Positions 1-10,674 of a stretch of DNA of 64,000 bases are shown one piece after another. This stretch comes from Basidiobolus meristosporus CBS 931.73 (Eukaryota > Fungi > Basidiobolomycota), in the NCBI GenBank assembly GCA_002104905.1, contig MCFE01000051.1, forward strand, positions 124,001 through 188,000, read 5' to 3'. Made by a program: the position numbers and the translations under genes. The notes beneath the pieces are model-generated. The model saw nothing but the letters and a program-made list of their open reading frames with translations. It was not told the origin of the DNA and ran no database searches. The first letter of the stretch is position 1; each line of letters begins with the position of its first letter.

Positions 1-1388
1 GCGCATCAATCAAAGCACTAACCAGCGTGACTTTCAGGGAGATGGGGATCATCAACGACATCAGCAAGAGCATCCTCAACGGAATAATGAGGTAGTGGTA
101 CCATCGAGAAAGGCTTTCGGCGCTCAGGATAGGTGTGTCGTCCCTTGAAATAGCTTTCCTGCTGCACATCCCCAATGATGCCGTTCAATAGCACCAAGCA
201 GAGCTGGATCACAAAAATCATCATGCTAGCTCTTTCAACTTGACGGTCTATCTTGGTGAGTTTGACAGGGGGCACTCTTTTGTTCATGCCGATTTTGGTC
301 TCGTTGCCGGTGTACACCGCTAATCCGTACGCGAAATTGGTGTTCTTCAAAAACGTTCCCTGGAGAAGTAATTGCTTCGAGGTCAGCGCGGAGAATTCTC
401 CGGACTCTGGGGATGACTCGAGTCTTGCGTCGAACTTGTATATGTCCCCGTTGGGTTGCGGACAATGGACTGAGTCAGGTTGGTGAGTTGGCAAAGATTC
501 GTCGCATGAATAAAGTGAGCTGCATATTTACCAACACCGTCAAATGCGATCACCTCGGTATCGGAGAGGCTACTCGTCAGGCTAGGGGCAGTTCGGGTCT
601 TCAGGTCAGTCTCCCCGTCCAGGTTGGCAGTCTGAATGTAGCAGGTACCGTCCAAGGTCCGAGGATCGCAATAGAACCATATCGCAGGGTATTTCGGTCC
701 CTTGTTCAACCTAAAGCCAGCGACGACGTAGTGGGTAAGCAGCGATTTTCCAACGCATGAATGCTTGCAAGTAACGAAAAACATACCCGAACAATGTCCC
801 CAACTCCAATGTCTTGGCATCTGACTTTGACCCCGTGGCCATTCTTATATACGGTGTAGAGGCGTTTGTTAAATTCGTCATCAGATTTGTACCGACGGTA
901 ATCATCCAGCCCCTCCTTCAAGGCGGAAATCGAGAAGATCATGATGAGCGGCGTCCATGTGGTCAGGGGATTGACCGGTGTCTATAGGTATTGGATGGGT
1001 TATTACGAGAAATCTAAAGAGGGCAGACACATCACAAGAAACCGACCAGTGAGGCGTTGAGTTGAAGACAGGCAATCAACAGAAAGTAGAGATTCATAAA
1101 GCGGCTAATGGATTCCCGTTAGCAATGTAAGGTAGAAATGGCCTGACAACACCCCAGCAGACGTTACCTGAACTGCTCGAACAAGTTCTTTGGGAGAAAA
1201 CTAAGGACTGTGTATTTCGTGTTGGTGATCTTGTTCCGCGGGAAACTGGAGTTTGCTATTTGGTTGTTGGCAAACACCTGTCTTGGTGCATCTGGATCCT
1301 CCACGGGGGAGTTCCTGTGCCAGCGGCGCAACAAGGATTGTTTGACATTGGTGTATAAGGCCTCCAGTGAGCCAAGAGAGAGCCTCAT
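1..1388 (-). CDS. P4-type ATPase (phospholipid flippase), N-terminal part; gene runs off the left edge; multi-exon
   Basis: Spliced reading gives NKITNTKYTVLSFLPKNLFEQF-RFMNLYFLLIACLQ-TPVNPLTTWTPLIMIFSISALKEGLDDYRR, CYIQTANLDGETDLKTR and YGLAVYTGNETK, all P4-ATPase hallmarks. ATG at 1388 is the likely start. Confidence 0.93.
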
Positions 1389-1961
1389 ACTAGATAAGCG
1401 GGGAAGAGCGTTCACAGATACCAAAGTAAAATCCGTTCCGAACCAAAGTGGAGTAGAAAAATTCACGGGTAAAAAGGATTTACCCCGAAGATATCGAGCT
1501 TCCCAAGTCGAGCGAATTCCTTGGCAAATCAGAATTACAAGTCTCAATTTCCCATTCAAGATGTAACGTAATTCCAAGCTACCATTTACGAGCAACTAGG
1601 TGGGATTCTCATTGGCGTCAGGGATGGCATTGACGAAAACTGTCACGGCAACTTGATTCCAAATGACACAGCTTCCGACGATTTGTGCTACAATTTCCTG
1701 ACAATCACTAGGGGCTGAGGATATCCGTTCCTGCTTAAAATCCCGCTTAAGTGGGCATGGATTTGGTTTAAGTTTCCGCTCAACTCCCTACCATTTTATG
1801 ACGTGGCAATCCAGTAGCCATTGTTTTTCTGCTGGTTGGATATTACAGATTCGAGGTTACGAATAGGTAACACCTGAATTTCTTAGAAAAATTGAAGCTG
1901 TGCTTGTTTAAGTTGCATTGCTCAGCTTGTTTGCTCTTCTTCCTTACAACCCTCAGTCATC

Positions 1962-2874
1962 ATGCTACAAAAGTCGCTGGGAATCTTCGGTTTATTCCTT
2001 GTATCCACATTCTTGTTTGTTACCTTCGCTCCTAGCACGCAAGCCTTGTACTTCTATTTGCAAGGAACGGAGCAAAAATGTTTCATTGAGGAATTGCCTA
2101 AAGACACTGTGGTCAATGGTTAGGGGTGTGATTTAGCAACAGCGTGGTTCCTGTTTTCTAATCATGTTCATCGGCTGCTAGGTCAGTACAAGTCTGAGGA
2201 ATGGAACGACTCTGCCCAACAATACATGGAAAACCCTGCCAACGGCATCCAGATTACTGTAGAGGTAAGACCAGTTTAGGAGCTTCTCCAGGCCCGATTC
2301 CTGTATTCACCCGTCCATCTGTAGGAATTGCCTGAACAACACAGAATCATCAACCAGAAGGGTGCCCACTTGGGTCGTTTCACTTTCACCACTGCCGAAT
2401 CTGGACAGCACGCCATCTGCTTCTCCAGCAACAGCACCGGATGGTTCACCTCCACAGTTACCGTAAGTAGCATCTTACAGATTGGCAACCCAGAGGCCGC
2501 TCACTCATTGCGACGAATATGCAGAGACTTCATTTGGACATGACCCTTGGTGACACTGAGCCTGATAGTTATGAAGCCGACGAAAAACTCGATGGTTGGT
2601 TGCCTATTTGCTCACATAGAAAGCATCAGCATGGAACTCACGGAACTATCTAGGTATTGCTCGCAAGATCCGCGAACTGAACGGTCGCGTTGAGGAGATC
2701 CATCGTGAACAAGAGTACCAGAAGAGACGTGAGGCCGAGTTCCGCGACCAAAGCGAAAGCACCAACGGCCGTGTTGTTTGGTGGACCATCATCCAATTGG
2801 TTGTTCTGGGAGTCACTTGTGCCTGGCAAATGCGCCATCTCAAGAAGTTCTTCGAAGCCAAGAAGTTGGTTTAA
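1962..2874 (+). CDS. emp24/gp25L/p24 family protein (p24-alpha, Erp1/TMED9-like), multi-exon
   Basis: Signal peptide [32 protein letters not shown] domain start [38 protein letters not shown], coiled coil, TM and C-terminal [13 protein letters not shown] dilysine tail. Confidence 0.93.
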
Positions 2875-3123
2875 GGAGTCGACGGATGATGACCCTGTTT
2901 CTCCATCGGTATCTCCCTCCCCTTCTCCCTTCTCCCTTCCCCCTCTTTACGTGCTGCTGTTCGCATCATGGCTTCTTTTCAAAAAACGGAAATTTAATCT
3001 ATATCCAGTAAATTAGTCCACTTGCAGTAAAATAATACAAATGCTCAATAGATTTTGCCAAGTCACTACGTGTTGTTTATTATGTGTCTGCGCATGAAGT
3101 GGAATAGACGGTGTGAAGATGGA

Positions 3124-4443
3124 TCAGAGTGGCTTGGGCGGGTCACGCGTGAATGATTTGAATTCCGAGCGCAGGACGTCCATCGGGGATCCTGGCTTCG
3201 GGGATTTCGGGGACTTCTTGGAGGATTTGTGGGTCAAAGGCGGCTCCTCGAACAGCACCTCCTCCAACTGAGTTAGCGTATCGCTGGCGATCAGCTTGAT
3301 TTCCGGCTTGAACGGAGGTTCGATCCGCTTGGCTTCCAGCGCCTCCCAGTCGATGGTGTCAAAGAATGGCTGGTTCTGTACCCTGTTCTCTCCGCATCCA
3401 AGTCTTCGGCGAATGTCGCATTGCAGAAACCCTAGCACCACGGCGTAGCACTCCATGGAGATGTTCTGAGGACATTTCTTGGGAAACATCACTGCAAAAC
3501 AGATCGATGATGGGTTAGCGAACATGAAGGCAACCCGCACCACATTCAACACCAACACCTACATTCGCCCGCAACAATCGCTTCATTCAGCTTCTGGGTG
3601 GTCCTCCCTCTGAAGGGAAGTTTGCCGTACAAACACTCGAACATCAGCACGCCCAGCGACCACCAATCCACTGACTGGTTGTAGCCTACCTTCCGGACCA
3701 TCTCAGGGGCCATGTAGCTGTGCGTTCCTATAACAGACTGATGGACAGGCGTTAGAAAGCGCTGGGCCAGCTTTGGTGCCTTTGAAGAGCGAATACTTTG
3801 CAGGGCTTCTCTGAGCGAATCCTTCCGGAGGAATTGAAGTCGGTTAGATGGCAGTGGCCCCATTGGTCTAGGAGCACGTTGTCTGGCTTGAGATCCCTAC
3901 GAAAGGAAATCAGCATCCAGGTTGGAGGCGCGTGGCTTAGGATTACCTGTGAATGATGTTGTGTCTGTGCAGATACTCCAGGCCTGAGGCAATCTCGCAG
4001 GCGTGGAAGCGGACGGTTTCTTCGGAAAAATGGCCAATCCTGTTCAGATGAAACCTTAGGTCTCCCCCCAACATGAGGTCCATCAGCATGTACAAGTGCT
4101 CCTCATCTTGGAAGGCGCACCGAAGATTGCATACGAACGGATGCTCCACTCTTTCCAAGATGCGGCGTTCGCTGAGAATGTTTCTGACCGCCTTCTGTTT
4201 GATGCACTGGGCCTTGGAGATATACTTCAGAGCGTAAAGCTTCCCGTCACGCTTACTGCGCACAACCATGACCTTTCCAAACGCACCCCTGCCAAGGGAC
4301 CGAAGCAGGTCGTACTGAAACAGACTGGGCTCTACCTCTTGGGCGGTGTTGATGTCCGGCTCAGAGCCACAGGGGGCCTGGTAGCTGGGGTCAAATAGCT
4401 CAGGAAACTGTAGCTCGGCCGCTCTGGAGGCGTTGTTTCCCAT
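3124..4443 (-). CDS. AGC-group Ser/Thr kinase, STK32/YANK-like; predicted N-myristoylation (MGNNAS); multi-exon
   Basis: LGRGAFGKV, YALKYISK, HRDLKPDN, DFN in place of DFG (typical of STK32), GTHSYMAPE, DWWSLGV, PFFDTIDWEALEAKRIEPPFKP. Confidence 0.9.
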
Positions 4444-5349
4444 AGGAATATTATGCAGAAGGGACTGGTGGTTGTTTGATTGATAAAGGCACGCAAAATC
4501 AGGAGCAAATCAGACGAATCGATCGTCTCCTCAAAGCCTTGGTACAAACATCTTGAAGCCAGCGTCACGGAGGGATGCAGGGACATGATTAATTCGTTTC
4601 CTCAGCCGGTAAATCAAGCGCCCCTCTGCCTTCCCCAGTGGCATCCGAGTCCCAAGCGAGGTTAGTCCAGCCAGGGGAAGGCTTATGCACGTGCCTAGAG
4701 ACATTCATGAAGATCGTGGTGGAAGGGTGGTAGCCGGCTCGCAATGGCTGATACTCCGCGCCCCGGTCAAGCAAACGAAGCACAACGCTGCAGCTGAATG
4801 CTTCATCATCAACAATCCGGCAATGCATTGCCAATAAGAGAAAAAAACGGGATTCCTTAAACAAGTCCTTTTTTGCCATACTTTTTTGATCCGAGATGCA
4901 GGGCCTGAGGGTTTGAGGGTTTGAGGGTTTGATTAATATCATCATCAATGACCTGATTAATTCATCCCGACTTTGGTTACGTTCCTTTTCCTGTATTCGA
5001 TTGCCCATATTCTCTCTTTCAGCGTGAGCTCAACCTGACTGAGTACCCCGTCGCCATTCCCCGGATAATAGACAAAAGTTGATCCCCGCCACCGCCGTCA
5101 TCGCAGCTCTCCCCTCTGAAACCCAGCCCTGATCTACTTTCACCTTGCCTCTAGTGTACCTAGCTTGTTAAATAGAACAGTCCCAACAAACAATAGACCA
5201 GAGTCGCTGCCCGTTTATTCAACAGTAGTCCCTCCAAACCCTCAATTGAGCGATCTTTTCCTTTGAACCGAAGCCTAGTCACGCTGCCTGAGCTACCTTG
5301 GTTGTAACTTTTACCACACTTTGACTATCGCTATTTTTGTTTCGACAAG

Positions 5350-6976
5350 ATGGGCATGTGCTTATCGCAAGAGGAGCGCGAGGCTCGAATGAGAAGTACT
5401 GCCATCGATAAGAGAATCGAGGAGGACAGTCGCCGCTTCAACAAGGAGTGCAAGATTCTCCTCTTAGGTAAGTGTCGGCCCAGCCCCCCGTATCCCCGGG
5501 AAGAGCCCTCCCCTCTAACCTCGTTCCGATCGGCTAGGGAGCGGAGAATCCGGCAAATCCACCATTGTGAAGCAGATGAAGATCATTCACCAGAACGGGT
5601 ATACCACCGAGGAGCTGTCCTTGTTCCGAGTGACCATCTTCAAGAATCTGGTCGACTCTGCACAAAATCTGGTGGCTGGTATGACGAAGCTAAGCCTGGA
5701 GCCCGTCGAGCCCCAAAACAAGGTGGGTTGCCCTTGGCGCCTCGTGCGTGTCTTTCCGATACTAAGCGATATTCGTTCAGGAGTTCGCCGTGAAGCTTCA
5801 GGATTTCAAGGCCGAAGGCGCGTTCATGATGAAGCTTACCCCCGAGCTCGTCGAGGGGATTGAATCCCTGTGGAAAGATCCGGTCATAGCGTCGCTCATG
5901 GACAGACAGAACGAGTTCTACCTCATGGATTCGGCACCATAGTAAGTCTCATCCAGATCGAAAGGGTAAACGGACTGGGCGCTAACCTAACCTTGGTCCA
6001 GCTTCTTCTCTCACATCAGAAGGATCGGCGCTCCGGAGTACATCCCCAACGAGGCCGATGTCCTGCGAGCACGTACGAAGACGACTGGTATCATCGAGAC
6101 CCGGTTCAACATGGGCCAACTCAACATACAGTAAGTTCTCTACTCTGGCCGCACCCCTCACCCCCGATTGCTAATGGCTGGAAAGTATGTTCGATGTTGG
6201 TGGGCAGCGTTCCGAGAGAAAGAAGTGGATCCACTGCTTCGAGGCCGTGACGTCGATCATCTTCTGCGTCGCGCTGAGCGAATACGATCAAGTATTACTG
6301 GAAGAGTCGGGCCAGGTAAGCATCCAAGCTCGCATGCTGGGATTGATTCTAATTGGGCGGATTGTAGAATCGTATGACGGAGAGCCTGATTCTTTTCGAA
6401 TCGGTGGTGAACAGCAGATGGTTTCTGCGAACGTCCATCATTCTGTTTCTGAACAAGATCGATCTCTTCCGGGAGAAGCTGCCGCGGGTTCCCCTCGAGA
6501 AATACTTTCCCGAATATACAGGTCAGTCCCTGGCGACCGTCCTCTTGGCCGCATAGCCGAGACTCATCCGTTCTGCGTTGTCTAGGTGGCGCCGACATCA
6601 ACAAAGCTGCCAAGTACATACTGTGGAAGTTCACGCAGACCAACCGTGCCAAGTTGAATATTTACCCCCAGTAAGTCTCCTACCACACCCATTCAACCCC
6701 CACGCCATACCGCTCACCATTCCTCCTCAGTCTGACGCAGGCGACCGACACATCCAAGGTGACTTTTCCCTCATGTTAACCTCTCGTTTTACAGCCGATC
6801 ACTAACCTTTAGAACCACTTGCTCACTTTTGCCTGGTCCACAGATAAGGTAATGTCGAGATGAGATGGATACCGTTTACTGCCGTCACCTTACTAACACC
6901 CATGTCTAGATTGGTCTTTGCAGCGGTTAAGGAGACGATATTGCAAAACGCACTCAAAGACAGTGGAATACTGTGA
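5350..6976 (+). CDS. Heterotrimeric G-protein alpha subunit, fungal group III (Gpa2/GNA-3/GanB-like, cAMP pathway); multi-exon including a 5-nt microexon
   Basis: MGMCLS (myristoyl/palmitoyl motif), [37 protein letters not shown]-terminus [20 protein letters not shown]. Confidence 0.96.
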
Positions 6977-7392
6977 ATGCACACCCTGCACCCTGCACCC
7001 TCACCCTCACCATATACTACATACTTAGCCATATATAAGGATTTCTCTCTACATCTCTTTAATCCATCCTCGTACACTTACACATCATCCTTCACCTCGC
7101 CTCCTATCTGTAAATCCCAAACTGAACTTTCTACTTTTTAATAATCATCCCCTTCATGAAAATTCTTTGGTATTTTCATTCCTTCTTATATTCTGGTTTG
7201 ACGTTTATTCTCTCCCCGACGGGCTTCTTTAATAAAACCATGTATATCACTTTGTACCCGGTCTGGACCTGTGATGCTGTTGTGTGGTTTCGTGCCGCTT
7301 CGTGGGAATACGATCAGCTACCTGCATGCTGTTCCGATCAATCCGCTTGATATGGTAATGACTCTGGCTCCAGTTCCGGCTCTGGGGAGGGG

Positions 7393-8862
7393 CTAGATCG
7401 GCCTTGTGTACAGTTCGAAGACACCCTGCTCCCCAAGCAGAGCAGTCTTGCATTGGATCACCTCTTGATTGAAGGCGGGCGAATGCAACAGAGGGATGGG
7501 CAGAATGACTTTCTTGAGGCTCGAATGACCCAGTAAATGTCGGACGATCTGTGGGCCAAGGTAAACTCGGTACAGGTTCAGGTATTCCAGCCTTGAACAA
7601 TTCGCTGTCAGGGATCTGACCATCTCGTTATAGGCCATGGTTGGCGCATAGAGTGGGTGACCCAAGACAACATGGGAAAGCTGGGGGCATGTCATGGCGA
7701 GTTTGATGATTTGAGCACAGTCGAATTCCATGCCCCCAATATCTAGCTTTTGGAGGTTTGGGCAGTGCTTACTTAGCAATAGCAGCACTCGGCCCAAACA
7801 TCGCTCCTCTATATTGAGCGTCAACTCTGTAAGACGTTTTCCCAGTTTGGTGATGAGGATTTCGGCAGCGCCCGTGGCTACATAAGGGCCAGACAGATGA
7901 ATGCTAGAGAGCTTGGTACATTGTTGGCCAATGTCGGTTACCATCTCGGTGTTCACATACATGCCCTTCAGCGTAAGCGATTTGAGGTTCGGAAGTCGAC
8001 TCAACAGAAGTATACCAGAGTTGACCGAAGGGTCGACCACATCTTCTTGAATATCGCCTGGATTCATGTCAATGCTAAACCCCTCGAAGCTCTCAAGGTG
8101 GTGCTGGACTAGCGAATGTGTGATTAACGAGATGGATTTCAACGTCCCATTAATGCGCAGTTTGTTTAATGTGTTCTGCTTCATATGCACAATCAACTTG
8201 GCGACTGCTGCGTCATCCACTAGCAATGCGGTAATTCTTAGTTGCACAATATTTGGACAAAGCTCGTGGATTTTCCTGGACACTGAGGATCCAAAAACGC
8301 GTTGTCGAATATCCAAGGAGGCGAGGGAAACTAGTGCGGTATCGGAGGTGTTGAGGGTATCAAGTAGGGGGCATTCTAGTAGGGTTAGCTTTTGTAACTG
8401 GTGGGGCTTTCTCTTTACCATGAATGTCAGCAATTTCTCTCCTAATTTTCGGTATTTAGCAGCGTCGAATTGGCAAGGCGAGTCCCCGAACCCTTTGGTG
8501 GATATTAAGCGAAGTGCTCTTTTTAGCCAGAAAAAGTCGAGCGTGCTTAATAGTTGGTAGTACCCCTGTTTGGAGGATACTGCTAAAGAAGGGGGTTGGA
8601 GTGAATTATTCCCAACGAATTCTTGACTATCCAACGGTGAAAGGAGGGTTGATAGAAGCAGCGCAATTCGCTTAGGTTGCCCGGAATAACCCCAGTCTTC
8701 GTAGGGAAAATAGCGCCATGGGTCTTTATACATGTACTTCACAGCAACCGCGCACCAGCTGCTGTTGACCAGACTGATACTGTACAGAGTTTTCATATCA
8801 TTACAAAGTAATCGTACCAAATTATTTACACATTCCGAAGGTAAATGAGACGTCCGCTTCAT
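7393..8862 (-). CDS. F-box/LRR (RNI-like) protein, intronless
   Basis: N-terminal F-box-like LPSECVNNLVRLLCNDMKTLYSISLVNSSWCAVAVKYMYKDPW followed by cysteine-containing LRRs (CPNIVQL, LPNLKSLTL, CPNLQKLDI, CPQLSHV, CSRLEYLNL). Second ATG (8862) is preferred. Confidence 0.8.
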   Translation of the reverse strand: MKRTSHLPSECVNNLVRLLCNDMKTLYSISLVNSSWCAVAVKYMYKDPWRYFPYEDWGYSGQPKRIALLLSTLLSPLDSQEFVGNNSLQPPSLAVSSKQGYYQLLSTLDFFWLKRALRLISTKGFGDSPCQFDAAKYRKLGEKLLTFMVKRKPHQLQKLTLLECPLLDTLNTSDTALVSLASLDIRQRVFGSSVSRKIHELCPNIVQLRITALLVDDAAVAKLIVHMKQNTLNKLRINGTLKSISLITHSLVQHHLESFEGFSIDMNPGDIQEDVVDPSVNSGILLLSRLPNLKSLTLKGMYVNTEMVTDIGQQCTKLSSIHLSGPYVATGAAEILITKLGKRLTELTLNIEERCLGRVLLLLSKHCPNLQKLDIGGMEFDCAQIIKLAMTCPQLSHVVLGHPLYAPTMAYNEMVRSLTANCSRLEYLNLYRVYLGPQIVRHLLGHSSLKKVILPIPLLHSPAFNQEVIQCKTALLGEQGVFELYTRPI

Positions 8863-9473
8863 TGGGCTACAAGATATTGGAGAAAAGCAAAAGGTTAAAG
8901 GTACCAAGGGACGCTTATTGCATTGAGTGGGGGGGTATGTTCGAAGTTGTTGATTTTGGAAAAGAAAATAGTGTGGAAACACCGGACTTTTTTATACGAT
9001 CAACCTGGATAGCCAATCTCTTTCGAAGTTTCTATTATTGAATGCATGTTGGGACTTGGACTGGAAATGGCAATGGAATTAGATTCACTACTCGCTTTTA
9101 CTTGACGAATTTCACCCGATGATTTGTTCGACGGATTTTTGGAATGGAATGCATTTAGCCATATAAATCTAGGTAATCGTATCCCGATTAAGAGTGCAGT
9201 ACCATTCCTCTTGGGTGGTGATACAGCCATGGCCTGGGTTTCAGGCAAACCCCCCGGATGATTCGGGTGATACACCGCCTCCTACTGGTGACCATCAGGA
9301 AAATCATCTGTTTCATCAGGATCTAGTGATCTCCCATAGATGGAATGACCTCACACGCACAATTACTAATGGTTTATTCAGATGGCTGCGACGCTGATCG
9401 TTCAAAGGTTCCATAGGAAAGTTGGGTAAATGTATGCGGACATTGCTTTGAAATAGTACAAATCACATGAAGC

Positions 9474-10151
9474 TCAGATCTCATCCTCGAACCACTCATC
9501 TTCGGCTTCCGAGTCCATAGGGTATTGCATTCGGAACTTATCGAGATTAAACTTATGGTTGGGCTCCGGTGACTTCGCCTGCGGCTTCGCCGATTTGGAG
9601 AGGATGCCCAGAATTACCTCGCTGAACCAGCCACCTACTGCGCCAAAACATATCCCGGTCACCATGGCTATGGTCAGGAAGAAGAATACGGGATAAAGCG
9701 CGGTGAGCAGGTATTGCATGAGTATCAATGGCCTGAAAACCAACATGGTGAGCAGTAAGCTGGCGGTTTTCACGAACGGGGAAATAAAGAACGCTATCAC
9801 TCGGAATATCCGGGAGACTATGGAGCGAATGATGTTGTAGACAAACACTACTGGCGCTAATAGTTGTTGTATGAGGGGGGTTATCTCCTTTTCGCCTACT
9901 CGGTCCGGCGGATATGGTAGGGAAGTGCTGTAAATCGTCACAGTTGCTGTCCTTGCGGTGCTCTCTGCAGGGGATGGAGGGTGCACGTACTCGATTTCCG
10001 TTTTGGATTCTTCGGGGATAGCGGTTTGCACTGAACTTCCTAAAGCGACTGACGAGACTTGAGGAGCGTAATCAAGCATAGGCTGCTCAGCGGCTATACA
10101 AACGCCCACAACACATAGTATCAGAATATGTATCCATTTTGTTGACACCAT
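9474..10151 (-). CDS. Hypothetical membrane protein (signal peptide plus several hydrophobic helices)
   Basis: Single ORF: MVSTKWIHILILCVVGVCIAA signal-like start, S/T/P-rich linker, hydrophobic segments, acidic tail. No family recognised. Confidence 0.7.
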   Translation of the reverse strand: MVSTKWIHILILCVVGVCIAAEQPMLDYAPQVSSVALGSSVQTAIPEESKTEIEYVHPPSPAESTARTATVTIYSTSLPYPPDRVGEKEITPLIQQLLAPVVFVYNIIRSIVSRIFRVIAFFISPFVKTASLLLTMLVFRPLILMQYLLTALYPVFFFLTIAMVTGICFGAVGGWFSEVILGILSKSAKPQAKSPEPNHKFNLDKFRMQYPMDSEAEDEWFEDEI

Positions 10152-10674
10152 GTGGTTGGATGTACGATGAATGTGAATTGGAACTCTTCGTAGCCAGAGA
10201 TTGAGCTTGATCACAACGTCCGTTCAAAACAAAAAAGCGGAGGCGGCTATTGTCGAAATATATGGTTATATGGTGCACTTTATGCCCGTATGCCCACAAC
10301 AAAAAAAGTCAATTCTCAGTCTTACGAATAGACATTCAGCCTCGAGGAAAGTCATCGGTCACCTGAACACTCGAGATCAGCCATTTAATCAGCCGATTTT
10401 GAAAGTAGATAATTTCTCACCAGAGAACAACCATCTGGACTCCATTCAGAACATGTATTGAAATATTTGCCAGATGAGAAACTCGTCAAATGACAGCGGT
10501 GGGTAAGGTACATTGAAAGAAGCCAGAACGTCGACCAAACGTGATTATTACGGATTAGAAAGGAAGGGAATCAAGGCAGCTTGATGACAAAAAATTACAG
10601 CGCTGGGGAGATGTGAATAGTTGGAATAGCAGGCATTCAGCAGGGAATACATCATTACGATCTACACGTCATTT

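Noticed and set aside
4589-5008. 139-aa ORF in the kinase/G-alpha intergenic region
   Set aside because: No motifs; spans simple repeats and poly-A/T runs typical of promoter or UTR sequence.
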